NCBI RefSeq assembly: GCF_004010195.1
Contig: NC_057718.1
Location: 103,791,963-103,855,962 of the forward strand
Source of the DNA: Chiloscyllium plagiosum
Lineage: Eukaryota
Length of the DNA: 64,000 nucleotides
Direction: 5' to 3'
In this document: positions 39,300 through 51,475 of the stretch, piece after piece
How the letters are laid out: each line of letters begins with the position of its first letter
Position numbering within the stretch: position 1 is the first letter of the stretch
Program-made: the position numbers and the translations under genes
Notes under the pieces: generated by a model
What the model saw: the letters and a program-made list of their open reading frames with translations, nothing else
Told to the model about the DNA's origin: nothing
The model's database searches: none

Positions 39300-39886
39300 T
39301 TGCTGGGCAGCACATTGCGTCTCGGAGTTGGGATGCCACGTTGCAACTGTACAGGACTTTGGTTAGACCACTTTTAGAATACTGCATTCAATTCTGGTCT
39401 CCCTGCAGTAAGAAGCGTGTTGCGAAACTTGAAAGGATTCAGAAAAAGTTTACAAGTATGTTGCCAGGGTTTAGAGAGTTTGCACTCTAGTGAAAGGCTG
39501 AATAGGCGGGGGCTGTTTTCCCTGGAGCATCGGAGGGTGAGGATGACCTTATAGAGGTTCATAAATCATGAGGGGGCATGGATAGGGTGAATAGCCAAAG
39601 TCTTTTTTCTGAGGTGGGGGAGTCCAAAACTAGAGGGCAAAGATTTAAGGTGAGGGGGAAAGATTTAAAAGGGACCTAAGGGGCAATATTTACACACAGA
39701 GGGTGGTGTGTGTATGGAATGAACTGCCAGAAGAATTGGTGGAGGCTGGTACAATTACAACATTTAAAAGGGATCAAGATGGGTATAGGAATAGGAAGGG
39801 TTTAGAGGGATATGGGTCACATGCTGGTAAATGGGACTACATTAGGTTAGGATATCTGGTCGGCATAGACAAGTTGGAGCAAAGGG
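39300..39886 (+). mobile_element. HER1/CR1 LINE 3' fragment (its last bases resume at about 45040-45080)
   Basis: LQLYRTLVRPLLEYCIQFWSP...VWNELPEELVEAGTITTFK; tail gtgctgtacatctctatga lies beyond the nested element. Confidence 0.88.
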
Positions 39887-39973
39887 TTCAAAGTTCAAAG
39901 AGTTCAAAGAAAATTTACAGCCCAGGAACAGGCCCTTCGGCCCTTTAAGCCTGAGCTGATCCAAATGTACTGT

Positions 39974-42780
39974 CTAAACCTGTCGGTCAATTCCTAAGCA
40001 TTTGTATCCTTCTGCTCTCCACCTACTCCTGCATCTGTCCAGACGCACCTTAAATGAATCTACCGTGCCTGCCTCTACTACCTCTGCTGACAATGCGTTC
40101 CAAACACCCACCACCCTCTGTGTGAAGTACTTGCCACATGTATCTCCCTTAAACTTTCCACCTCTCACCTTGAAAGCATGACCTCTCGTTATTGAATCCT
40201 TCACCCTGGGAAAAAGCTTGTCTCTATCCACCCTGTCCATACCCTTCATGATTTTGTAAACCTCAATCAGGTCCCCCCTCAATCTCCTTTCTTCTAGTGA
40301 AAATAAACCTAACCTACTCAACCTCTCTTCATAGCTAGCATCTTCCATACCAGGCAACATCCTCGTAAACCTTCTCTGCACCCTCTCCAAAGCGTCCACA
40401 TCCTTTTGGTAATGTGGTGACCAGAACTGTACACAGTATTCTAAATGCGGCTGAACCAATGTCTTGTACAATTTTAACATGACTTGCCAGCTCTTATACT
40501 CAATACCCCGTCCAATAAAGGCAAGCATACTATATGCCTTCTTGACCACTCTATCCACCTGTGCAGCCACCTTCAGGGTACAATGGACCTGCACTCCCAG
40601 ATCTCTCTGCCCATCAACTTGTCCCAAGGCTCTTCCATTCATTGTATAATTCGCTCTAGAATTAGTCTTGCCTAAATGCATCATCTCACATTTGTCTGGA
40701 TTGAACTCCACCTGCCAATTTTCCACCCAACTCTCCAGTCTATCTATATCCTCCTGTATTCTCTGACTGTCCCTTATGCTTTCTGCTACTCCACCAATCT
40801 TCATGTCATCTGCAAACTTGCTGATCGTACTAACAGTGCCCTCTTCCAGATCATTTATGTATATTACAAACAACAGTGGCCCCAATACTGACCCCTGTGG
40901 AACACCACTGGTCACCTTTCTCCATTTCGAGAAACTCCCTTCAACTACTATTCTCTGTCTCCTGTTGCACAACCAGTTCTTTACCCACCTAGTCAAGCAC
41001 ACCATGTGACTTCACTTTCTCCATTAGTCTACAATGGGGAAACTTATCAAACGCCTTACTGAAGTCCATGTATATGTCATCAACAGCCCTTCCTTCATCT
41101 AACAACTTGATCACTTCCTCAAAGAACTCTATTAAGTTGGTAAGGCACGATTTTCCCCACACAAAACCATGTTGCCTATCACTGATAAGCTCATTTTTTT
41201 CTAAATATAAATAGATCCTATCTCTCAGTACCCTCTCCAGCAACTTCCCCACCACCGATGTCAGGCTCACTGGTCTGTATTTACCCAGAATATCCCTACT
41301 ACCCTTCTTGTACAGGGGGACAATGTAAGCCACCCTCAAGTCTTCCAGCTCCTTACCTGTGTTTGAGGATGCCACAAAGATATCTGTCAGGGCCCCAGCT
41401 ATTTCCTCTCTCACCTCCCTCAGCAACCTGGGATAGATCCCATCCAGTCCCTGGGGATTTGTCCACCTTAATAACCTCTATCATACCCAACACATCTTCC
41501 CTACTTATACCAACGTGATCCAGACTAATCAAACCTCTACCTCTAATCTCAAGATTCATCATGTTCCTCTCCTCAGTGAACACTGATGCAAAGTAATCAT
41601 TCAGAAACTCACCCAATCTCTCAGATTCGGCACACAGCCTTCCTTCATTATTTTTTAATGGACTAATCCTTTCTCTAGTTACCCGCTGGCTTCTTATATA
41701 AGAATAAAAGGCTTTGGGATTTTCCTTAATTTTGCTTGCTAAAGCTATTTCATGACCCCTTTTAGCCCGCTTGATTCCTTGTTTAAGACTTGTCCTACTC
41801 GTCCAATATTCCTCCAGGGCCCATTCTGTTCTTAGCTGCCTAGACCTTATGTACACTTCCTTTTTCCTCTTGGTTAATTGTACAATTTCTCCTGTCATCC
41901 ACGGTTCACGAATCTTGCCCTTTCCTATCCTTTGCCTTCAACGGGACATGCCTATCCTGCACTATCTTTAACCTATCTTTGAAAACCTCCCACATACCAA
42001 ATGTGGACTTCCCTTCAAATAGCTGTGTCCAATCCACATTTCCCAGCTCTTGCCTAATTTTGTTGTAATTGGCCTTGGCCCACTTTAGTACTCTTCCCTG
42101 AGGACCACTCTCTTCTTTATCTACGGGTATTCTAAAACTTACAGAATTGTGGTCACTGTTCTCAAAGAAATCCCCCACCGCTTGTCTTGGCCTGTTCCCC
42201 AGTACCAGGTCCAATATGGCCCCTTCCCTCGTCGGACGATTGACATACTGCTCTAGAAAACTCTCTTGGATGCTTTGTACAAATTCTACCCCATCCAGAT
42301 CTCTGACGCTAAGTGTATCCCAGTCTATATTGGGAAAATAAAATCTCCCATCACCACTACCCTATTTCCTCTACATCTATTCATAATCTGTTTACCTATT
42401 TGTTCTTCTACCTCATGCTCACAGTTGGGAGGTCTGTAATACAGCCCCAACAATGTAACTGCACCCTTCTTATTTCTCAGCTCCACCATAATGCCTCACT
42501 ACCCAAGCCCGCAATAGTGTCCTCCTTTAACACAGCCGTGATATCGTCCCTGACCAGCAATGCAACTCCACCCCCCCTCTTTTACTTCCCTCCCTGTCTT
42601 GTCTGAAGCGTCTATGTCCTGGAACATTTAGTTATCAATCATCATTCCCTTCCTTCAACCAAGTCTCTGTGATGGCAATAATGCCATACTCCTAGGCACC
42701 ATTCCAAGCCCTAAGTTTATCTGCCTTACACACTATACTCCTTGCATTAAAGTAGATGCATTTCAGGCCAGCAGTTCGTC
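39974..42780 (-). pseudogene. CR1 ORF2 (APE endonuclease plus reverse transcriptase), frameshifted; longest open piece 343 aa at 39974-41005
   Basis: Consecutive ORF-track pieces 42692-42952, 41906-42214, 41353-41898, 40989-41426 and 39974-41005 form one colinear ORF2 in changing frames. Confidence 0.92.
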
Positions 42781-43083
42781 TGCGCTCACCTGTTCTCTGC
42801 CTACTCTTCCCATTATTAATGCTATCTTCATGATTCTTACAGTCTCCAGTCTCCACCTCGCTGCCTACTTGTTTTCTCTTCTGGCTCCCAGCCCCCTGCC
42901 ACATTAGTTTAAAACCTCCCCAACAGCAGTAGCAAAACCCCCCCAAGGACATTGGATCTGATCTGGTTCAGACGTAGACCGTCCATTTTGTAATAGTCCC
43001 ACCTTCCCCAGATCCTGAGATCACTACCTTTGAGGTCCTCCCCTTTAACTTCTCTCCTAGCTCCCTGAATTCTTCTTTCAGGA

Positions 43084-43966
43084 CCTCATCTCACTGTTGT
43101 GGTTCTGTTCGCCGAGCTGGAAGTTTTTGTTGCAAACATTTCGTCCCTTGGCTAGGCGACATCATCAGTGCTTGGGAGCCTCCTGCGAAGCGCTTCTTAG
43201 ATGTTTCCTCCGGTGTTTATAGTGGTCTGTCCCTGCCGCTTCCGGTTGTCAGTTTCAGCTGTCCGCTGTAGTGGTTGGTATATTGGGTCCAGGTCGATGT
43301 GTTTGCTCCCCGTGTCTGCGTGACTTTCCTCTGGGTGCTCTGGTTTCCTCCTACAATCCAAAGATGTGCAGGTTAGGGCAATTAGCCGTACTAAATTGCC
43401 CATTGTGTTCAGGGATGTGTAAGTTAGGTGCATTAGTCTGAGGTAAATGTAGAATAATAGGGTCTGGGTGGGTTACTCTTTGGAGGGTCAGATTGGACTT
43501 GTTGGGCCAAATGGCCTGTTTGCACACTGTTAAGGATTTTATGATTCTATCTCCTTTGAGCTTTCCCCCTCTCACCTTGAATGCATGCCCCCTAGTTTTA
43601 GGCATTTAATTCGACTGGGACAACACTACTATCATAGGGCAAGCCAGACAGAGAACAGCCAGGGAATTCCTAGAGGCATGGCATTCATCCACAAACTCCA
43701 TCAACAAACACATCGACCTGGACCCAATATACCAACCACTACAGCGGACAGCTGAAACTGACAACCGGAAGCGGCAGGGACAGACCACTATAAACACCGG
43801 AGGAAACATCAAAGAAGCGCTTCGCAGGAGGCTCCCAAGCACTGATGATGTCGCCTAGCCAGGGGACGAAACGTTTGCAACACAAACTTCCAGCTTGGCG
43901 AACAGAACCACAACAGTGAGCACCCGAGCTACAAATCTTCGCACAAACTTTGATCCTCATCTCACT
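43084..43966. mobile_element. PLE family C with inverted termini, inserted in CR1 ORF1; 12-bp TSD; contains HE1 and CR1 fragments
   Basis: cctcatctcact at 43084-43095 and 43955-43966; plus strand FDWDNTTIIGQARQRTAREFLEAWHSSTNSINKHIDLDPIYQPL (PLE endonuclease C-terminus). Confidence 0.88.
43839..43878 (+). ncRNA. Minimal type-I hammerhead ribozyme motif (PLE family C); inverted copy at about 43131-43171
   Basis: gca-CTGATGA-t-gtcgcct(agcc)aggggac-GAAA-cg-TT-tgc. Confidence 0.72.
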
Positions 43967-44072
43967 TTCTACTTCTATCGTTGGTGCCTGTATGCACCAA
44001 GACAACTGGCTGTTCACCCTCCCCTTTTAGAATGGTCTGCAGCCGATCAGTGAATCCCTGACCCGAGAACCT

Positions 44073-44286
44073 GGGCGGCACGGTGGCACAGTGGTTAGCA
44101 CTGCTGCCTCACAGTCCAAAGATGTGCAGGTCAGGTGAATTGGCCATGCTAAATTGCCCGTAGTGTTAGGTAACTGGTAAATGTAGGGGTATGGGTGGGT
44201 TGCGCTTCGGCGTGGCGGTGTGGACTTGTTGGGCCGAAGGGCCTGTTTCCACACTGTAAGTAATCTAAATCTAAATCTAAATCTAA
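44073..44286 (+). mobile_element. HE1-type V-SINE with internal deletion, inserted in CR1 ORF1
   Basis: gggcggcacggtggcacagtggttagcactgctgcctcacagtccaaagatgtgc...(taaatc)n. Confidence 0.9.
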
Positions 44287-44807
44287 CCATCTGGGAGTCC
44301 TGTTTTCGGCCACAGAACCACCTATCTACTCCCCTCACAATAGAATCCCCTCTGACTATGGCCCTACGAGTCTTTTTCCCGCCCTTCTGAAGAGCAGTGC
44401 CCGCCACAGTGCCATGATCTTGACCACTGCTGCCCTCTCCTGGTGAGCGATCTCCCCTAACAGTGTCCAAAACGCTGTACCTGTTTCAGAGGGAGATGAC
44501 GGCAGGGGACTCCTGCACTGCCTTCCTACTCTTTTTCTGTCTTTTGGTCACTCATTCACTGTCTCCCTCCCTCAGCAATCCTAACCTGCGGTGTGACCAG
44601 TTCAGTAAATGTGCTATCCACGACCTCCTCAGCATCGCGGATGCTCCACAGTGAGTTCACCCGCAGCTCCAGAGCCATCATGCGGTCAAACAACAGCTGC
44701 AGCTGGACACACTTCTTGCAAGTGTAAGAGGCAAGAATGTTAGACACGTTCCTAAGCTCCCACATCAAGCAAGAGGCACATGCCACAGGTCTGAGGTTCC
44801 CTGCCAT
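44287..44807 (-). pseudogene. CR1 ORF1 N-terminal part (zinc finger, coiled coil, start of esterase domain)
   Basis: MAGNLRPVACASCLMWELRNVSNILASYTCKKCVQLQLLFDRMMALELRVNSLWSIRDAEEVVDSTF. Confidence 0.88.
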
Positions 44808-45230
44808 TATAAGCTTAGCTTTACATGAACCAACTGAAACCAAACAATGCACTTAAATAAATGAAAAAGAAAGATAAGAAATAAAAGTCTTTTTCTTCCA
44901 GTTACAGGAGGGGCATGGGAGGGAGATACTACGCATGTAATATCTCGGGTTTAGCCACTGCCCAAATATAAATTAAGCCCTTACCTTCTCGGCAGCCCTC
45001 GCTTCACTCCTCCTTCTCTCCTCGCCACTCTGGCCAAATGGAGGATCTTTTTCAGTGCTGTACATCTCTATGAGCCAATGATTCTCGATGATCAGTCATG
45101 ACTTCACTGAATGTAGGAGATAGCTCAAAGGGCTGAATGGTCTTCTCTTGCTCCTTTTTCTTTTGTTTTGTGTTCCAGTGACAGACACAGATAAAAATCC
45201 AGATCAGTTTTGGGGATGATAGGGAGTGTT

Positions 45231-46065
45231 GAATTGAATTGAATTAAATGAATTGAATTGAATTTATTGTCACGTGTACTGAGGCACAGTGAAAAGCTTT
45301 GACTTGTGAGCAATAAAGGCAGATCACAGAGTTAAGTAGCACAGATAAGTAAATAATAGGTAAACAGCAGCAAAACAAAAACACAGGTAGAGGCGAATGT
45401 TTGGAGTTTGTGAGTCCATTCAGTATTCTAACAACAGTGGGGTAGAAACTGTTGTGAAACCGGCTGGTGCGTATGTTCATGCTTCTGTACCTTCTCCCTG
45501 ATGGTAGAGGTTGTAGAAGAACATTGCCAGGGTGGGATGGATCTTTGAGAATGCTGGCGGCCTTTCCTTGACATCGGGCCTGGTAGATGGATTCTATAGA
45601 TGGGAGGTTGGCCTTTGTGATTGTCTGGGCTGAGTTCACCACTCTCTGTAACCGCCTCTGATCTTGAATGGTACAGATGCCCTACCAGGTAGTGACACAT
45701 CCGGACAGAATGCTCTCAACGGTACACCTATAAAAGTTGGCGAGGGTATTCACCGTCATGCCAAATCTCCCCAGCTGCCTGAGGAAGAAAAGACGTTGTT
45801 GGGCCTTTGTAACCAGTGCGTCCACATCAAGAGCCCAAGAAAGCTTGTTGTGGATGACCACTCCCAGGAGCTTGACATTCTCCACTCGTTCCACCTCTGT
45901 GCTGTTAATGTGTAGGGGGGCATGAGTAACATCCCGCTGAAAGACAATAATGAGTTCCTTAGTTTTGCTGGCACTAAGAACCAGGTTGTTCTCAGTGCAC
46001 CATCTTCCAGGTCTTCCACCTCCCGTCTGTAGTCTGTTTCGTCGCCATCTGAGGTTCGACCGACT
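45231..46065 (-). mobile_element. Rex1/Babar-type LINE, 5'-truncated, with (caatt)n tail
   Basis: ERVENVKLLGVVIHNKLSW..KAQQRLFFLRQL..FYRCTVESILSGCVTTW..ILKDPSHPG..LPSGRRYRS..RFHNSFYP. Confidence 0.9.
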
Positions 46066-47194
46066 ATCTCAAAGGGCTAGTGAGATAGCTCAAAGGGCTG
46101 AGTGGTCTTCTCCTGCTCCTTTTCCTTTTGTTTTGTGTTCCAGTGACAGAAACAGATAAAAGTTCAGATCGATTTTGAGGATGATGGGGAGTGTTCGTGA
46201 AAGTGACTGAAAATCTAGGAAACGTATAGGCAAACAAGACTGGTCTAGTCAATCAAAACTGAGGCGAGTATTTATAATGCAGATCTTTTTTCTTCACTGC
46301 AGCCTTAGAACTGGCCATTAGACATTCCAATAATTGTTTTGGTCTGATATTCCATCTTAAATAATGGTGACTGAGACACTAAAGAACAGGTACCAAGGGT
46401 ATTTCCATATTAAATGGATGGATACAGCTGGAAAAATAGAGAGAAATTATTTTGGGGGAACATTTGTTAAGTTTTTTCACCTTCACAGCACACAGCAGTT
46501 TAAACCTGGGCCCGATTTGCATTTCTCGGCTCTGCAAAAATCAGCATCGAGGCGAGCGAAAGGAAAATTACCCCCCAATGGAAACAGTCCAAGATAGGTA
46601 CAGCAAAACCATAAACACATTTCTCAGGAATTACCGTCCAATTTTGTTACACAGAGCAGAGGGACGTCGTCAGCAGGGCGAATGTGAAAGGTTTTGAAAT
46701 GGATCCAAACAGCAGCTATCAACATTTCATGCTGAACATCAGTGTTTTGGGGATTCAGTTGCTGTGTCAGTGTGTGCCAAGAGTTCTCTACCTGTCGGCC
46801 AAAATATCCAAGTTGAAGTTCTACATGCCATGGGTCTATCATAATTATGCCCAAGGAGATTATTTTAATGAAACAGTAGTTTAGACTAGCTACCATTCAC
46901 CATTCCAGAAATCTCTAATCTAAGGAAAGGGATTTTCCTTCTGAGAAATGCAGGAATTTTGTTTGTCTGAGAGCTTCGGAACCTAATTTAGACAGAGGTT
47001 TCCACCCCTTCACTATTTTTAAAATGATTATCCATTGGATCTGGCCATTTCAGGCTAGGCTGGCATTTAACTATCCAGAGGGCAGTGCAAATTCAACCAC
47101 GTCATCATGGGCCTGGAGAGAGGTCAGGTTGTGTTTGAACTAGGTTTGCGGAGAAGCACAGGATATATCGAGTATTTGTGGAGATTGTTGGTGG

Positions 47195-48330
47195 GGGGAG
47201 GGGTCAGTTTGAAATGTGGGTCCGTGTGGCGGGGGTCAGTGTGAGGGAGTTCAGNNNNNNNNNNNNNNNNNNNNNNNNNNNNNNNNNNNNNNNNNNNNNN
47301 NNNNNNNNNNNNNNNNNNNNNNNNNNNNNNNNNNNNNNNNNNNNNNNNNNNNNNNNNNNNNNNNNNNNNNNNNNNNNNNNNNNNNNNNNNNNNNNNNNNN
47401 NNNNNNNNNNNNNNNNNNNNNNNNNNNNNNNNNNNNNNNNNNNNNNNNNNNNNNNNNNNNNNNNNNNNNNNNNNNNNNNNNNNNNNNNNNNNNNNNNNNN
47501 NNNNNNNNNNNNNNNNNNNNNNNNNNNNNNNNNNNNNNNNNNNNNNNNNNNNNNNNNNNNNNNNNNNNNNNNNNNNNNNNNNNNNNNNNNNNNNNNNNNN
47601 NNNNNNNNNNNNNNNNNNNNNNNNNNNNNNNNNNNNNNNNNNNNNNNNNNNNNNNNNNNNNNNNNNNNNNNNNNNNNNNNNNNNNNNNNNNNNNNNNNNN
47701 NNNNNNNNNNNNNNNNNNNNNNNNNNNNNNNNNNNNNNNNNNNNNNNNNNNNNNNNNNNNNNNNNNNNNNNNNNNNNNNNNNNNNNNNNNNNNNNNNNNN
47801 NNNNNNNNNNNNNNNNNNNNNNNNNNNNNNNNNNNNNNNNNNNNNNNNNNNNNNNNNNNNNNNNNNNNNNNNNNNNNNNNNNNNNNNNNNNNNNNNNNNN
47901 NNNNNNNNNNNNNNNNNNNNNNNNNNNNNNNNNNNNNNNNNNNNNNNNNNNNNNNNNNNNNNNNNNNNNNNNNNNNNNNNNNNNNNNNNNNNNNNNNNNN
48001 NNNNNNNNNNNNNNNNNNNNNNNNNNNNNNNNNNNNNNNNNNNNNNNNNNNNNNNNNNNNNNNNNNNNNNNNNNNNNNNNNNNNNNNNNNNNNNNNNNNN
48101 NNNNNNNNNNNNNNNNNNNNNNNNNNNNNNNNNNNTGTGGGAGGGGTCGGGGTCAGTGTGATGGAGTCATTGTGAGGGGGTATGTCAGTGTGAGGGGGTC
48201 AGTGTGAAGGGGGGTCAGTGTGAGGGGGTTTGTCAGTGTGAGTGTGTCAGTGTGAGGGCAGGGTCAGTATCGGGGGCTTAATGTGAGGAATTAGCGATCA
48301 GCGTGGCGTGGTTGGGGGTCAGTTTGAGGG
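47195..48330 (+). repeat. G-rich gggtcagtgtgaggg-type minisatellite flanking an assembly gap (N at 47255-48135)
   Basis: gggggtcagtgtgaggg-like units on both sides of the N run. Confidence 0.75.
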
Positions 48331-48639
48331 ATTGTAGTATAGATGAGGAGTTATGGGAAGATGGCAAGAGAATGCGATCGAGAAACACATCAGTCATGAT
48401 AGAATGGCAGAGTGAACCCGATGGGCTGAATGGCCAAACTCTGCTCCTATATCATATGGTCTTATTTAACAATGATCAAAGACAAATAATCTTCCTTCAT
48501 GGAGAAAGTGTGCATTTGTGAAGGAACTTGTGTGGCATAAATGGTACTTGCCTGGCGTTTTTGAGTTATGAATGTTAATAGCCATTTGTCAGCACAAGCC
48601 TGGACTTGTCCAGGTCCTACTGCATTAGAACATGGTCGA

Positions 48640-48848
48640 AAAGTGTGGTGCTGGAAAAGCACAGCAGGTCAAGCAGCATCCAAGGAGCACGAGAATCGAT
48701 GTTTCAGGCATAAGCCCTTCATCAGGAATGTGGTGGGGGTGGGGGGGAAGGGGGCTGAGAGATAAATAGGAGGGGGAGTGGAGCTGGGAGGAAGGTCACT
48801 TGGAGGGCGAAAGGTGGTTGCGGGTGGGGGCTGATGGTGATAGGTATT
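48640..48848 (-). mobile_element. PLE family A terminal fragment inserted in a LINE RT remnant
   Basis: gtgctggaaaagcacagcaggtc...atcgatgtttcaggcataagcccttcatcaggaatg; ttagaacatgg repeated on both sides. Confidence 0.8.
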
Positions 48849-50187
48849 AGAACATGGACTGTTTCAGTATCTGAGGATTTGTGAATGGTGCTGAACATGG
48901 TGCAATCATCGGTGAACATCCCCACTTCTGACCCTCTGATGGAGGGAAGATCATTGATGAAGCAGCTGAGGATGGTTGGGCCGAGGACACTATCCTGAGG
49001 AACTCCCGCAGAGATGTTCTGGAGCTGAGATAACTGATCTCCAACAACAACAAGTATCTTCTTTTGTGTTCTGAAATTCCCTCCCTAAACCCTTCACTCC
49101 TTTAAGATACTTCATAAAACCTACCACTTTGATCAGGCTGTTTGTCAGCTGCTGTGTTCCAGCTCAGTGTAAACATTTGTTTGATAACATGCTGTAAGGC
49201 GCCTTATTATATTTTACTGCACTTGTGTGTTATTGTTAAGAGAGACATGTTGTTGAAGTTTTTATCTTGCACTCATCAGGACAGATGCAAGAATGCCAAA
49301 ATTTCAAACTCCCGCAACAATTTATACTACAGGATGAAAGGGTGCTAACTGGTTGGCAAGTCAAGTTTGATTGGCTGAGGCATTGCCATGGAGAAAGCAA
49401 CGGGGAACCATAGACTCTTCTCAAACTCATGGCAAGTGCAAAAGAGCCTTGAACCTTTTCCTATAGTTTGCTAAGCCTCACCTCTTATTATTAATTTCTT
49501 GAGTTTAGTGGTTAATAGTATACCTACATAATAGGGGGAGGCAATGGCTTAATGGTGTAATTGCTAGACTATTAATCCAGAAACTCAGCTATGTTCAAGG
49601 GACATGGGTTTGAATCCTGCCATGGCAGATCTTGGAATTGGAATTCAATAAAAATCTACAATTAAGAACCTACTGAACATCATGAAATCATCATTGATTG
49701 TCAGGAAAAACCCATCTGGTTCACTAACGTCCTTCAGGGATGGAAATCTGCCATCCTCATTTGGTCTGGCCTACATGTGACTCCAGACACACATAACATG
49801 GTTGACTCTCAACTGGTCATTGAAATGGCCTAGCAAGCCAATCAGTTCAAAGGCAACTAGAGATGGGCAATAGATACTTGCCAGCCAACGATTCCCACGT
49901 CCCATGAGTGAGTAAAGAATACTTCCAGCAAATGAGTCAGATCATGAGCTTGTCTGCTTATCTTAATTTGACTTTAAAGGCAATATATGAATGCAATATA
50001 TATTGAACAGGATTGTTTGTTTAATGTTACGACGTTGGATTGAACCCCAAAATACTACAAAAGTCTTCAGTCCTTCATTCCAAATTGTGCTTTCAAGAGA
50101 TGAATGCTACTGAGACAAGATAACTTGTGTGAAAAACATTCCAATTGGAAGTAACTCGAAAGGCATCAAAGAAGACTGAACTGTGAT

Positions 50188-50480
50188 CAGATTAGATTCC
50201 CTACAGTGCAGAAATAGGCCATTTGGCCTAACAAGTCCACACTGACCTTCTGAACAGTAACCCACCCAGACCCATTTCCTGACATTTACCCCTGACTAAT
50301 GCAGCTAGCACTATGGGCAATTCACCTGCCCTGCACATCTCTGGACTGCGAGTGGAAATCCACACAGACATGGGGAGAATGTGCAAGCTCCACACAGACA
50401 GTCACCTGAGGTGATAATCAAATCCAGGCCCCCGGTGCTGTGAAGCAGCAAGGCTAGCCACTGAGCAACCATGCCGTCCC
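50188..50480 (-). mobile_element. HE1-type V-SINE
   Basis: agattagattccctacagtg tail and gctgtgaagcagcaaggctagccactgagc head, both in reverse complement. Confidence 0.85.
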
Positions 50481-51475
50481 TAGCTGCAAAATTTTAACAA
50501 CTCTTTTCTCAAAATGATACCCCATGCAGCTTATGTCCCAAACTGCAGAACCATTTTGTGATTTTTAACCTTTGAAGAATGCGCAAGGACATAGGTTAAT
50601 GAGCCAGCTTCAACTCTACTGGAGTGGACTAGTGAGACTGAACACTTGGGTGTGTCATGGTCTGTAATTGAGCAACAGCACATTATGAAGGTCACAGTCG
50701 GAAAAAGCTGTCCCTTAGTCATCCTGTATAGCAGGATAACAAAAGGGAGCCCCTCTCACACTCCAACTGCTGCAAAACAGTTAAAAAAAAATAGAATCAG
50801 GAGAAAGCAATTTCAATCAGTCTGCAAAACCAAGACTCTCAATGCAAATGCTCCAGTAACTTCTACTGTGACAACCTCAGCACTCAACTATCTTCTTTTC
50901 GTGAATAATTCAAAGACTGATCCGTATGCTTGTCTTCTTTTAACTTTTATTCTTTCGGACTCACCTCTTATTCCTAATCTGTGTGTATGTGTGTTTCATT
51001 ATTAATTCCTTGAGTTTAGTGGTTAATAAACCGACTTTATTTGAAACTCAAGAAAGTCTGGTTGAATTGGCTCCTTGGGAAACATACATTCATTGGAGTC
51101 TGGGAGAAAGGTATTTACAAGACAAGGGATTCTTTTTAAATTAACCTTGTCACTACCAACCATGGATTTGGGTGAATAAAGAAGGGGAACCAGTTTAACT
51201 TACCTGTTTGGGGCGGACTGTCTAGAACGTAACAAATTGGAAGACTTATCCTGGGGCCTAACATTAGCATGCTTTTTTCTTTATCTCAGGAAGGTGGCAG
51301 TATATGAAGTATTTGGGAATGGGACTCATATATCCACAACACCATTCAGAATAATTCCCCCTCAAGAAGGAAATCCTGCAAATTTGGTGCACCAGTGACC
51401 TGATTTACCAATACAATGGGTTCCATTGTCACACCATCACTCCCATACTTGTGACCAGAGCTGCTGCATATTTTA

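Larger units (their letters stand above)
39887..45040 (-). mobile_element. Near-full-length decayed CR1 LINE (5'UTR, ORF1, ORF2, tandem 3' tail)
   Basis: ORF1 CASCLMWE..YTCKKC plus coiled coil plus AIVRGDSIVRG esterase-like motif; ORF2 LKCIYFNARSI, SDHNSV, DKSPG, QHGF, SGVPQGSVLGP, KFADD; tttgaac-type tail repeats. Confidence 0.95.

Noticed and set aside
39974..41005. 343-aa ORF as a host gene or active retrotransposon
   Set aside because: It is the RT part of a CR1 ORF2 whose upstream portion is frameshifted and whose ORF1 is interrupted by insertions
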